64,000 bases of DNA. Origin: Vermamoeba vermiformis (lineage: Eukaryota). The position numbers and the translations under genes were made by a program. The notes under the pieces are model-generated. The model was given only the letters and a program-made list of their open reading frames with translations, did not search any database and was not told where the DNA came from. The stretch is from positions 558,001 through 622,000 of the forward strand of contig JBEWZL010000266.1 of NCBI GenBank assembly GCA_045837725.1, written 5' to 3'. Every line of letters begins with the position of its first letter. The first letter of the stretch is position 1. Shown here piece by piece: positions 50,407 through 64,000 of the stretch.

Positions 50407-53400
50407 ATGAGTACCACAACAGAAGACGTTACTGGGCCGCATCTGACTCTTTCAGAGAGCACCCAGTCGGGGTAAGATCCCGTCGTTCTTTGCTTTGCGT
50501 CAGAACTAATTTAGTTTATGTAGAACGTTGACTCCTAAAATAATTAGAATCAATAAAGATGAAATTAAGATTGGACGACAACCGGACATGGTGGATGTGT
50601 AAGCGATTAATTGCAAAAAATTACCAATAATTTTAAAACAACAATATAATGTTCAACATATCGTACTATGATATGGACATAATTTTAGCATCATTATAAA
50701 ATTTTTTCGATAGCCCTATGGACTGCGCCTTAAAACCACAAATGATCTGCCGAATCCACGCTAAATTGCTGCGCGTTAACATTAATGGACAATCCAAAAT
50801 TAAATTAGTCGATAACAAGAGCACCAACGGACTGATAGTAAACGGGATCAAGGTCGAAGAAGCAATTTTGAAGTAAGTAACAGCCAACTCCTTAACTACG
50901 CAGAGCTTTAATAACTGTCGTGCAGCAATGGTGATACAGTTATATTCGGTGGTGCTCACGTTAAAGTTCCGACTGGAACACCTATTGCCAAGCCGTTATC
51001 AGATCTAATTTATACTTTCGTGGATCCGCCAGAAGAACCGTCGCATGGTACGCCGTGATCTTTAATACCATCACACTATTAACACTAATTAAAGCAGATG
51101 ATGATCTTAACAAAAGCATGGAATTAGATGGCACACAGCCCTATGCCGAACAGCACGCCAACAACGCCACTACCGAAGACAAAACAGCGAGCACACCACC
51201 GCAACTCACTCGTGTCAATTCATCGTCAAATCTCAAAGAATCAGTGGCTACTTTACAAAAACAAGATACTATCCCAATTGCATCGCAATCACTGCGCAAG
51301 AGCGGATCAGAACTCATCGCACCTTCATTACTGCCCTCACAAAAACCTATGAGCGAGTGGAGTGTTGATGAAGTAGCTGAATGGTGCGCCTCAGTCATAA
51401 ACACTGACGAATATAAGTAAGTACACTAAACCACTGATTATAGTTGATACGGATTAACTGTTTTCGTTTAGAGAGAAGATTAAATCGTCCAAAATCGATG
51501 GAAATCAATTGAAAACGCTCGACGAACAAAATTTAGGAGAAACATTAGGAATCACAAAATTCGTCCTCAAACGCAAGTTATCGCTCGCTATCAAAAAAGC
51601 ATTGGCACAGCCAGTAATGCCTCGATCATCCTCCAATCTAGAAAATTCTCCTGCGTCGAGCGAAGACAGCACACCCAAGTCTAAGGAGGTGGCTTCAGGG
51701 GTCGTAACATCTACACCCGAGAAGAAGGGAGAACCAACTACTTCACCTTTGACCACCCCTGCAATGTCACCCATCAAAGGCGATGCACCCGAAATGTCAC
51801 TTGATAGTACAATGCAATACTCAATGCCTGAACAACCTTCGAACAAAAAACGCAAACTCGATGAGTCTGACAGCTCCACAGATGTAACCCCACCTGCAGC
51901 AAAGCGACTCAAATCAAGGTATGTCCACTGCTGAGAAACTCATTGACTCTAATTTCTTTGCTCAGTATGGATATGTCTCGCGAAGACGTATGTCGCCTAG
52001 CTCTAGCAGCAGTCGATCCTGTGACATTAGGCCGCAAAGTGTGGCTCAAACCTGGTGTTAACAAACTTGACGGAAAGTTCTTAGGTCTCTCCGATCCAGC
52101 ACTGAGCAACGTTCAAGCCTGGGTTATTCACTCCGCAAACAAAGGATTTTTCGGCACTCACTTGGCAGTGGTAGGCAACGCTGCAAGTCAAGTACTGCAA
52201 TTTGACTCGGGCAAGATGATCAGCGTGTCCAAGGGACAAAAAATCCAGCTGAGGACGGGCGACATCGTCTATTTAATTGAAGAGCGGCATCCGTTTATGG
52301 TGTTACACTTGGCAGTGAACGAGACAGGCACCTCTGCCTCAACTAACCAAAGCACCAGTGGCAGCTCTATTCTTGATGATTCAAAAGTAGTTGTGCAAAC
52401 ATCTGTCAATAATACAAATGCAGTCAACGATACTCCGAACGTTGAAGTTCAATCGACATCTACGTCCAATGCCAACGACTCAATGGTTGTTGAGCCCAAT
52501 CTGAGTGCCATGACAGTATTAGATAGCAACGTATCGACCTCGACTGCACAGGAGCAAACTGCATTAGCGCCCTCCAAAGAACCAGAAGAAAAGAAGGAAG
52601 AGAAACTGGTTGAGAAACCGCAAGCAATTCAAAGGACTTATGAAGAGCGAAAAGAAGACACCAAGCGAAAGATTATTGATTCGCCAATATACAAGTCTTT
52701 GAGTGGTCTAGACTTGGTGGACTTCGTTTCCAAATATGGCGAACCTTTGACTTCGCGTAAGTTTAAATCAAATCAAATTTGACCATTTTTAACGTGATTC
52801 AAAGCTCCCGCCAACGAACTATTGGAACCCGCAAAATTAGCCTTATTGAATAAGCCAGTCTGCTATTGGATGGAGACGGGCATCTCTTCGATATACAGAC
52901 GCAAAGGCACGTCAGTTTGTTCGCTATGGATCAACAATGCGAACAAGATCAAATTCAACTGCCACATGTGCCCCGACTTTTCACAAAGAGGCGTGTGCAC
53001 GCATGTCATCCTAATGATACACATGTTGAAGACTGAGGTACTGATTTAACTTTCACTTTGACAAACCGTAATAATGCTAACGATACTTTAGCCGCAAAAC
53101 TTCACGGACTTGGAAGAAATCGTCTCGAACTACAAAAGCAATGATTTCAAGCAATTATTTTCGTGCCTGCGGTACTTTGCCCTTCAAGATCCCCAAATAT
53201 TCGTGCACGCAACAATGCGCATAGCCGCTGGTTTTGCTGCTAGCGATAACGTGGATCCCAGTAAAGTCACGGTCAAAATTTCACAACGAGCTTGGTACAA
53301 CGCTCTCGAAGAATTTTTCAACGTAAGAAAAGAATAATTTGTATGTTGTTCTAACTCCAATTACAGGGTTTTGACCCCGAAGGACGCCAGAGACAATTAC

Positions 53401-56400
53401 CCGATGACATTGTTATTCCGTCATTCGATATCGTACTGGAAAAGATTGCCTGTTTAGGAAGTATGCAAGAGAGTGTTCGCGCTTTGATGTGCGTTGCAGA
53501 AGCGATTGCTGACCACAACGATCAAATGACCAAGAGAGGACTTAACCTTGTCACCGACCTGGTCGTAGGTGCTTTTGAAATCTACTTCCTGTCCATGGAC
53601 GAAATTCTCCGAAAGGAAGTGTTACGATCGCTTGCACTCATTCACGAAGACACCCCACTATCATCATCTTTCAAAAAGAAGCTGCAAGCCAGCTGCACGT
53701 GGGATGATCCAGCCTTGGTTGAAGTACTCGCTGGACGAGGCAATGAAGCTTTCATTGAAGACGCGGAGATTGTCCAGTACCGCGTTACAACACTGCTCAA
53801 TCAAGACCGGCACCAAGAGACGGAGAACTACGCGAAACACTTTAAGTTACCTTTTGTGGTGGCTCAAATGCAAGCCATGTAAGTTAATTTTATCGCCTTC
53901 GTATGAAATCTAATCAATTGCAGTACCGAGCGGCATGCTGAAGCGATGGAGACATGCAAAACCTCGCTCCAATCAACACACATCGTGGCGCACCCAGATG
54001 TATATCGAGTATGTTATGTTTATTAATTTGATAGTTCGCTAATAATGTTAGCAGGTCAAGACGATTGTGGACATGTTTGCGGAGACTGATATCAACAAGT
54101 CGATTGAACTGTTTTCATTCGTTCAACCTCTTCAGAACCTGGATTTGACCAACAAAGCGCTCATCATTTCACCGTTGATCGCTCACGCCGGTTTGCTCAA
54201 TGAAGAAGAGCTACAGAAGGTCATAGCGATCATCAAGTCAGTCGGTTTCAGCTTGCAACAAATTGCGGACATGTTTAAAGACACTGCTACACACCTATGT
54301 GCATTCAAGACAAAGCCCGATCTCACAGTCGCTAGCGTGCAAGGAAAACTACTTGCGCGTGAGTGCTTGTTCAAGCCATTCAGGGAGGCCAAATTTGAAG
54401 AGACTCGCAACGGCATTGATTCAATTTTTGCCGCTGCTGTACACTTCTTGCCAGGTACGCGATGCCATTCCTAAATGTTCAATTAGCTCCGACTAACCTG
54501 TCGTAGAATCATTGGACAAGATCGCACTGCTCTGCTTCGAAAAGTTTGAAGAACCAGAAGCCCTATTCTTCTTGATTACAACATTGCAAGAGAAGTATAA
54601 GAACAAGGGTGTCAATGCGATGACCATTCTCGAGCTCTATAACAAGTGCTTCATGAAGCTGTCGAAGAATCCTACTCCGGTCGTTGATTTAGTCAAACAA
54701 GAGAAAGGTACTCAGCCACTGCCAGCCATCAATTTAAGCAAGTTCTACGAGGGCTACTTGAAACAAATCAGTGAACTGCCATTTGAACAGCTGACCACAA
54801 AACTGCCAATTACGACACAGATCGTGGCGTCGACAGTCCAAGGTGAGAATGACTACCCTTTTTGATTGTACCACATATGCTTACATCGATATTTACAGAT
54901 GCAGACATTTTAATCCATTGTGCCAACGCCATGGCAAAGATGAATAATCCCGAGAAGAAGATTGATTTCTACTTGAAAGACTGCGCTGTGGCGTTGATCA
55001 CCGCTGCCTTAAAGATTGTTGCCAAGAACACCTCTTGTAAGTTACATTTATTTTTATGTCAATGCTCTGACTCCTCCTTTAGCCAAACCACAATTGAATA
55101 CGCTTTCTGTAAATATTACTGGAAAATGCAATTGCAAGGCCTGCGGCCAATTCCTGCAATTTGCGCACGACTCCGTGCAAACAACATTGAACTTGTATAA
55201 TGTGTCAGCGGACCACTTCCGAAACAATAACATGGTATGTTACCACTCGATCATCTTAATTTGGCATTAACCACAGTATTAGGACCCACTCTTGATGAAG
55301 TTCTTCACGTTTGCAGAGAGTCGAAACAGAGGTTCTTACATGATGACAGTGAGTAAGTTAGTTGGCTCGTACAGCGCACACGTCAAGACATTGGTGCGCC
55401 AATACGAAGTCGCGATGGAGAAGAAAGAGATGTGCACTAAGTGGCTCATGTTGTGGACTTATCAATCACAAGTTGCATTGGCGTACATCTCAGCTTATCC
55501 TTCAGAACCCGAAATCGTACCGAAAGATCTCGTTGAGGAAATGATGACAAAGCTTGCAGCGCACATTGACAGCGCTACACTTCTCAGCGTGATTCAGTTC
55601 TTTGTTGAGAACAACGAAGAAGAGGCTGCCATTTGTCTCGCTCAAAAAGCTATCACCACGATTGAAACGAACAAAAAACTTGAAATTATGAATGTGAGTA
55701 TCATGTGCAATCTCAAAGTGAGGTTAAAACTAACTTTCTCGACAGTTCATTGCACCAATTTGCATGAAGCATCGAGGAGCTCGACCAATGCTCGACATTG
55801 CCACTGCTATTTTCAAACTTCAACCGAGCATGCAACTGCTGACTAAGATCCGAGAATATCACACGGCAGCACAGAACAAAAACAATAACAATACAAATCA
55901 AGAAGAGCGAAAAGAAGAGGGCGAGAACGATGATGATCTAGATATTACTAACAATAACAAGCCATCGGAAGAATTACCAACGTTTGAAGAATTGATTGAA
56001 AAGTTGTTAAATGAAATGCCTGATTCGGACTTCAAACTCGAAGTAATGGCTGCTGTGAAGTGAGTAGTACGACTTGACATTACCATGAACCTTGTTACTT
56101 ACACTTCTACAGACTGTTCAAAATGGCCGCTGCCTACGTTACAGCCAGACTCACCAAAGTCACCGTGTTTCTCAGCGTGTGTCCGCAACACTCTGTCGAC
56201 GAGAAGTCGTTAATAGACGCGGGATTTGTGCCTATTGTACAAACTATTGCAGCCATTCAGTACGTCCCTACTAACACCATCTTGTTGAATAACCTATCCG
56301 AGGCCGGTAAGAATTGTGTAAATTAATCTTAGGTACTTTCATTTCTAACTTGCACCTTGATCAGATCCGCTTTTGAAACCGCTTCACGCCTATCCTAGGC

Positions 56401-56951
56401 TGTGGTTCATTGCTTCTCTTTGCAAACTCACAAAGTAAGTACCGCTCGTCGTTGTGCAATAACCCTGATCGTTACTTTAAGGCTGTTCCAATTGAACATG
56501 GTGACGCAGAACAAGTTCATCTTGCAAATGTTCACGTGGTTGAAAACTTCACGAAGATTTTTGCTCGACAAAGGTCTATTGGATGAGTGGGACTATATGT
56601 TATACCACATATATGCCTTAAGTGATGGCGGGCTTAAGACTGCTATTCGAAACGATGTCATGGTACGTAATGTCAATTATCAAGTGTCAGCCCGAAGCTA
56701 ACTGTTCATGCTTACAGTTCCGTTCTTCTACCGGCGTTATCCCCGATACACCTCCTCATCTGTGGTACTTGCCACCCCCTCAAATACCAAACAACCCAAG
56801 AATGATCCCGCAAGTTCCTCCGCTGCAGGTAGCCACCAATAGAGGCACCTTGACAAGGGCTTGCTCGCTGTGCAGAATTTTGCTGTCCTATCCTTCTGAT
56901 GCTACACAAATAGAATGCCCTCAATGTAAAAATAGAATGACGTTAATGTAA
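50407..56951 (+). CDS. Large multidomain protein: FHA + SAM + second FHA-like + SWIM Zn finger + helical region + C-terminal LSD1-type Zn finger
   Basis: FHA: IKIGRQ..ICRIHA..DNKSTNGLIVNG..GDTVIFG. SAM: MSEWSVDEVAEW..IDGNQL. FHA-like: VTLGRK..LRTGDIVYL. SWIM: CHMCPDF...CTHV. LSD1-type: CSLCRILLSYPSDATQIECPQC. Confidence 0.75.
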
Positions 56952-57089
56952 ATATAAAATAAACCCGTCTTGAAGATCGGATCTTGATCTGCGAAAAACT
57001 GGAGAACGTGGCATTACGCGGGTAAGACATTTTGCTGAAAATCAAAATATCTATTTAAAAATAAAGAATACAACATCGCTGAAGTAAAC

Positions 57090-58287
57090 ATGTCATTCGG
57101 TGGACCAAAAAAAGGTTGGGGCTCGGCAAATCCAAAGTTACAAATTAAATACGTCAAGGAAGCACCAAAGCCCAAACCAGAACCAAAAGTAGAGTTAAAG
57201 AATACATCAGAAGATGAAATATTACCATCACCAATCATTAGCGACACTACACAAGGCGGAAGAAGAACGATTTTGCTCGAAGGTATTATCTTTTTGGTCT
57301 AAAATTTCGAAAATTATTAATTGCTTGAATAACTTTTTGTTCGTGCAATATTCTTACCGAATTTAATTGTTTGATTTTATTTGAATTTTTCTGCTCGAGA
57401 TCGCAACTAACCAGGTCTTTTTTCAGATGGAGCGGTGATTGAATACTTCCCTGATTTCCTAAACGAAACAGATGCCAATGCCATATTTAAAGAACTCGTG
57501 GACACAATGCCATGGGGTGAACACAAAATATTTAGCAAAGCTTCACAGAAATGGGTACGTGCTCGATCTGCTATCATTTTCTGTATTACGCTTGTTAATC
57601 AAAATATTCTGGTTCGATAGGTCGATCAGCCTCGCCTCGTAGCATGGATTGCGGCAGATAAAACATTTGACTACACCTACAGTGGCCTTACATTGAATCC
57701 GTATCCAATGACTCGAGCGATCTTAGATCTGAAACAACGCATTGAAGCAGTGACACCTGGCAATCGATACGACGGTGTATTAGTCAACAATTATCGCAAC
57801 GGCAAAGATTCAATCAATTGGCATAGCGATGACGAGACAACACTTGTCAAAGGTAGCACGATCGCGTCCATCTCACTTGGTAAGTCCAACGTTCACTTAC
57901 GATGCATCCAAAGGCCTCAAATCATATAATATGATGCATAGGATGTGTGCGCGAATTCGTGTTGCGACACAAGAATAAGAAACTTCAGCACTTAGTCTTG
58001 CCACTGAAGCACGGCAGTCTCTTGTTGATGGCGCGTAAGTCTTAGAAAGCTAATTATAGCCGTATTTTATACGGAACTAACGTGTCAATGCCGTCACAGA
58101 GAATGTACAAAAGTTTTATTTGCATGCAGTGCCTAAGCAGCTGACATTATGCCCCAAACACAACGAGCAAGACAACTACGGCCTGTGCACGTGCAAAACA
58201 TCGCAGCGACTGAACTTGACTTTCAGACACTATCAACGCGAGGAAAATGCAACGCAAAACCAAAATAACAATCAAGATATTGAATAA
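57090..58287 (+). CDS. AlkB-family (ALKBH2/3-like) Fe/2OG dioxygenase
   Basis: QPRLVAW, YTYSG, NNYRNGKDSINWHSDDE, IASISLG, LKHGSLLLM, HAVPK and RLNLTFR. Confidence 0.9.
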
Positions 58288-58362
58288 CCAGGGTGAGTCT
58301 TGATTCAGATCTGAAATAAGGTATAGCGCAAACTTTTGCGAAATTTAGTATCACTTATCTCT

Positions 58363-60739
58363 ATGGACGAAAACGACAAAGAAACAGATATCGATAAAGA
58401 AATACGAGAGCTACTCGACGAGAATGAGTCCAACTTAAAACCACTGAAAAATCATTTGCCTCTGCTACGCTATTACTCGACCTGTATTAGGTATGTACGA
58501 ACCAATTTAATTTATTATTTTCTTAATCCAGATTAATTTAGTTCCTACTAGACATGTATGAATAACGTATTTCAAAATAGAAGTGCAGAGACCGAGCTAA
58601 CAGCTGAGTTAAGAGAATTAGCGCCGTACGTAGTGCAATCTGTAGTTCCCGGCAATCGCTCTCGCGTTGGACTGAACCTAAGTAACAATAACTATTTCGG
58701 GCAATTCTGCGCACTTGAAGACTGGACGCGCGAACTTATGGCACACAAAGTACTCGATCCGTTCAATCATCCGCACGTTATAAAAATATTCGCCAAACAC
58801 TACTTGAACATCAAGTCGGTAGAAGGCATTATTATAACACCTTTATACAAGCCCTTTGCTTGGACCATTCTTGCTCACGTGAAAGAAGTGATGAAACAAC
58901 TTTTGGAGGTAAAAACGAGTTTTATTTGCAGATTGCGTAATTCATTCTTGATAGGCTCTAGCATTCTGCCACTCTCTCGGCATATACCACGGCAATATTA
59001 AACCCGAGAATATCGTATGGGAATGGGACGAAGAGAAGAACAAGCCGCACATCTACCTGATCGACTTTGCAAGTTGCTACCGGAACGAAGCTGATTATGA
59101 ACTCGTCCGTTCGCTTGGCAATATACTATACCAATCACGTGAACGCATACTTTGTCAGAGGTTTGAACCACTTTGGGTCGATGACATGTGGGCTGCAGGA
59201 ATAACTTTCGCTGAGATGGTATTCTGAGCCGCAGTACAATCATTATGAAACTTAATTGTTCTAGCTATTAGGCATTAAAGAAGGTCACCTACTAGGAAGT
59301 AAAGAAGCTGTCTTACAGTTCGACTGCAACACAGAAATTAGATTCAATGATTTGGATCCGCAAGCTCGAGATCTACTTTCAAACTTGTTGGTTGACTACA
59401 CGCGCAGATCGAGCGCGAAAGAGGCATTGTCACACTCATATTTCGCTGATAAGGGACAAGTGCCTTCTAGTAAGCGAAAATTGGATGACACAGAAGAGGG
59501 TACTGAGCCACCAAAGAAACGGCCGAACGTAAATAAGGAGTAAGCAATTGTTGCCTTGCGAGAGTAAAAGACTTAAACAGTAAGCTTCTTAACAGAGCTA
59601 CTACAGATCTGAAAGACAGTTATGTGGAAAACAGCAGCACCGAAAGCGCTGAACTGGACGAAACCGGACTGACTCCGCTCGATAAGCCAATGAACTTAAT
59701 GGTCTACGGCAAGGATATTCTGGGGTAAGCCTCGATGAAGTTTAATTTAGAGCTATCAATATTGATCATGCCCAAGAATTGTTGGGCAAGAAGTGACTGA
59801 AGACGTCAGAGATCTGTGTCAGTACGAAGTAGTATCCATGGTGGCAAGCAATCCAGATCACTTTGGCCTCCAAATTGACGGCAAATACTATTTCGGTAAA
59901 TTTTCTCAGCACGTTGAATGGACAGCTGAGGTCAAGGCCCACGACGTGCTGGATCCGTTTAATCATCCGCACGTCATCAAATTGCATGCAAAGCACGAGA
60001 TCAAAGTCGCAACTCTCGGCGGCATTACTATAACTCCGCTCTATGAGCCATTTGACTGGGACCGCCTTTGTCCTCACGTTAAAGAAGTCACGAAACAGCT
60101 GTTGGAGGTAACACCTAATACCCCAATTGTCCGTTAGTACTCGTGACTCATTCACTAGGCCCTAGCATTCTGCCACGCTCATAGTGTGTATCACGGTGAT
60201 GTTAAGCCCGATAATATCGTATGGGAATGGGACGAAGAGAACAACAGGCCACACATCTACCTGATCGACTTCAACGGCAGTTACATGAACGAACTGGACT
60301 ACTTGGGAGTGTTCATGTTCGGCACAGAGCCATACAAATCACCACAACGCGTTCACCTGCGACGAACAGAGCTGTTGTGGGTCGAAGACATGTGGGCTGC
60401 GGGGATCTCTTTTGCCGAGATGGCACGTACACGATCGAGCTTAGAAAGGACTAATATCATTGTTAGTTATTACATATGAAAAGAGGCCATCTACTATATG
60501 ATTCTGAAGACATAGATGCGTTTGACAGTACCACAGAACCTCGCTTTAGTGACCTGGATCCTCTCGCTCGAGATCTGCTTTCAAAGCTCCTAAACCCCGA
60601 CTACAAAACGCGAATTACCGCTGAACAGGCGCTACAACATCCGTACTTCGCAAAATCTGATTACGACCAGCCTATTCAAAAAAGAGTGCAGGATTCGGCA
60701 CATCCGATCAGTCAGACGAGTAAATCCGGAGTTCTCTGA
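58363..60739 (+). CDS. Tandem pseudokinase + protein kinase (internal duplication)
   Basis: Domain 1 has YHGNIKPENI..IDF and domain 2 has YHGDVKPDNI..IDF..DMWAAG. An in-frame linker exon (59581-59723) joins them via introns 59540-59580 and 59724-59775. Both share VLDPFNHPHVIK. Confidence 0.75.
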
Positions 60740-61812
60740 TTAACTGCAGTTAGTATGATAAGTGGGTTATATCCTTAGAGTTAAATACCTATTTATTACA
60801 TCTATTCCACGTTCGGCGAGCATTTACTGCTCCGTAGCCCAAGCACAGATTTGTGACATCCGATCCCAACGTGTTGCTGCGAGTGTACTCTGAATAGCCA
60901 TAGCACCAACGGCCATTGACACAAGCCGAGTGCGAGAGATCAACGTGCGCGTCTGCATTCGCGCCGTTAATCTCGTAATTGAGGACAGTCATGCAACAGA
61001 AGATCTTCTCGCTCATGCACCGCTGTAGGACGAAGCACCGCTAGAACAGCCATAAATGAGGGAAGGATTGAGAGTCTTCTCTCAAGTGGCTCGTTATCTA
61101 AGTTCAGCTACGCTCTTCTTGATCGACCACAGTCAAGAGTTCAAGCCTAATCCACGCGTGAAAGCTCGGCTGTCAAGATTTGCAATTTAAATGACTAAAT
61201 ACTACAGTCCTTTCTAATTGATTCTCCAATATGAAAATAACCCATTTGCACGAGTTCATTTTATGCTCCAATCCGTTTGAATAAAATGTTTGAAAAAAGG
61301 CTGCAGAATCTGGATGGCTAGTAGGTAGTATGGGACTGTAGGCACTTCGATTTCATTTTTATAATTATTGTATTTAAATGCACATATTTGCTAAAGAAAG
61401 GCAGAAGTTGGCAACGAGTGCCTTTGTTTATCAAAAAAATTGCAGATTAAATCAAAAAATTATCCAGCGCTTACAGATCGAGACGTATCTAAATTTCGTC
61501 CGTCATCGTGCAAAATAATATTGTAAGTGATATTATTATGAAAATAATTGCAACGGAAGTCTAGTTAAGCTGATTAAGCAAGTTACCGTTACGCGTTCTT
61601 CACCCTTTTGTAGAGCACAGAAGCATATCTTGTTCCTCAATGGGCCTGATTGTGCGATGGCATAATTACCTACGAGATGGGTGTCAGGGATTGTAGGTAT
61701 GTATTCTGGTCTTTTTCTGACTGGTTTTGCTGAAATTAACCGTGTGATCCAAAAAAAGACAAAACTCTCGCGGATAACCATTTTGTTTATCAATTTAATA
61801 ACAACAACAACA

Positions 61813-64000
61813 ATGTGTTTAGGAGGAAGAGTTCACGGCCGATGCTGCGACGGACCTAAGGTTATCAAGCCTCAAGTAACCGTTCCACTCATCGGTGCAT
61901 CTTCAAAAGTCACTGTTATCGACTTTGTAGCTCAAGTAGAGCTAAAACAACGATATGAGAATCAAGTAAGTACACTATTTCATAGCAATATCGCTTAATG
62001 ATGCTCAATTTGGCGATGAGTTTTTTACCTACGATTTTTAAACTACGGATGTAGGCTCAGTTTCTTAATGATCTTACTATAGGACTCATTTCCCATCGAG
62101 GCAACTTATGAATTTCCACTGCCCGAAGGAGCCGCTGTAACGGCGTTCATAATTGAGGTGGACGGTAAAACAATCCACAGCAAAATTAAAGAAAAAGAAG
62201 AAGCCAAAGAAATCTTCGACGACGCTATTGCCGAGGGTCATGGTAAGTCAGATTTAATATCCGAAAAATATTCAATGCAATCTAAAAATAAATCACGGAT
62301 GTGGCTTACGGTTTATTTGTTTAGGCGCTTACTTGCTCGAAGAAAAAGAAGACAACTGGTTCACTACTTCAGTTGGAAACTTACCACCCGGCAAAGAAGT
62401 GTTGATCACCATTGTCTACGTTCAAGAACTCAAGTTCAACGCGGATGGCGTTTTAGAATTCGTTATGCCCACTACCAAGTTTGCCCCCAACGGTGTCGGT
62501 GCTACTGCTGCATTCACTAAGTCACAGACCAATACTTACGAGAAAGTTGTGCCTTACGGTGTTCAAGTAAGTGTGACAGAACGTACATCCGTTAATTTCT
62601 TTAAATTTAAATTACTTGCTTCGACAATATTAAATTTGATAATGCGACTAACGGCTGATATTGTAGATTAATGCCGAAGTTAGAATGCCCGTCAAGATGA
62701 AGAAATTGGCTTCAAGCTCACATCCGAGCACGGTCGTAGCGGACGGCTATCAAGGCGCGCAGACCGGTCAAGCACGCATTGTGCAGACTGACGGTGCACC
62801 GCTCACTGAACACTGGCAATTGCAAATTCAATTGGAACAACCTCACGAGCCCTTCGCTCGCGTGCAAAAGACGGACGAATCGACCGTGGCCATGGTGTCA
62901 TTTTATCCGCAAATGAAAGAAGACAAAGTTTTCACTGAAATCGTGTTCGTGGTCGACAGATCTGGTTCCATGGGCATCAGAGGAAAAATGCAGAAAGGTA
63001 ATGATTTTCACTTCTATGTTGTAGTAGCCGACGAGTATTAACGTAGTTCCTATCAATAGTCAAGGACACTTTGGACATCTTCTTGCGCTCGTTGCCTGAA
63101 GGCACCATGTTCAACATTGTCAGCTTCGGCACTTCGTTCAGCAAGTTGTTCGACAAGTCCGTCGAGTACAACGAAAAGAACTTCAACGCTGCCAACGCAC
63201 ACGTGCAATCGATGGCCGCGAACATGGGTGGCACGAACATCATCAACCCAATGAAATCAATTTTCAGTGAACCGTCCATTGATGGTGTTCCTCGTCAAAT
63301 CTTCCTGTTGACTGACGGTGAAGTCAACAACCGCGACGACTGCATCAACACCGTCAAGAAGTTCGCCAAGACCACGCGCGTCTTTACTTTTGGTATTGGT
63401 CAAGAGGCCGATCGCGAGCTCGTCAAGGGCATGGCGATCGCCGCTCAAGGCAACTACGAGATCATTCTCGACAACGACAACATGGACGACAAGGTGCTGC
63501 GGCAATTGAACCGTGCTTTGAAGCCTGCCTTCGTGGACATGAAGATCAACTGGGGTGAGTTGAACGAAGTCGTCGAACAAACGCCGTTCCACTGCCCGCC
63601 AATGTTCAGCGGCGGTCACATCATTTTCTACGGTGTGTTCCCTAAGAAGACCAAAGGCACACACGATATCTCGTTCAATGCCAAGACCCCCGAAGGACCT
63701 TTCAAGACCAAGATTTCGATCAACTTTGACGACCCAATCGAGGGCGAGTTTGTGACCAAACTAGCGGCCAAGTCATTGATCCGCGACTTGCAAGACAGTC
63801 GCAGCTATATGCACAGCGACAAGGGTGACTTGTTGTCAAAGTACAAGCAAAAACAAGTCGATGACAAGATCATTGAAATCTCGCTCAAACATCAAGTCAT
63901 GTCCAAGCTTACTGCGTTTGTCGCTGTGGAGAAGAGAAAAGAAGCGACTGTTGGCACAATGCAGCGCATTGATATGAAAGAGGGGTCGGTGTCCCCTCGA
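61813..64000 (+). CDS. VIT + von Willebrand factor A domain protein (VWA5A-like), 3' end outside the window
   Basis: VIT: FVAQVELKQRYEN..PIEATYEFPLPE..SVGNLPPG. vWA MIDAS: FVVDRSGSM, GGTNI, LLTDGEV and FTFGIG. The start codon is uncertain. Confidence 0.9.

Noticed and set aside
60789-61016. 75-aa Cys-containing ORF on the minus strand
   Set aside because: No recognisable motif, signal peptide or convincing exon chain, so it cannot be supported as a gene.

Overview
Gene-dense eukaryotic DNA, probably from a free-living amoebozoan protist; this is inferred from gene content such as C2-arrestin and VIT-vWA proteins. It has many short GT-AG introns (about 40-150 nt) and very short intergenic gaps. 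About 27 protein-coding loci are present. Housekeeping genes include glycyl-tRNA synthetase, NUDT1, PAC3/PSMG3, proline iminopeptidase, JmjC, AlkB-like, CASTOR-like and Kelch-BTB, and about 8 loci are F-box-like. The main finding is a 2,819-bp two-gene DNA transposon (8612-11430). It has 21-bp imperfect TIRs, a 5-bp target-site duplication (AACTA), a RAG1/Transib-like DDE transposase interrupted by one in-frame stop, and a divergently transcribed non-RAG2 partner ORF. Other highlights are a sharply bounded CpG desert over a SAM + P-loop NTPase (Crinkler-like) gene, an F-box fused to a degenerate eEF1A/HBS1-type GTPase, three membrane-anchored F-box paralogs, and two unrelated pseudokinase-kinase tandem genes. 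Multi-exon gene boundaries were assembled by eye and no database searches were run.
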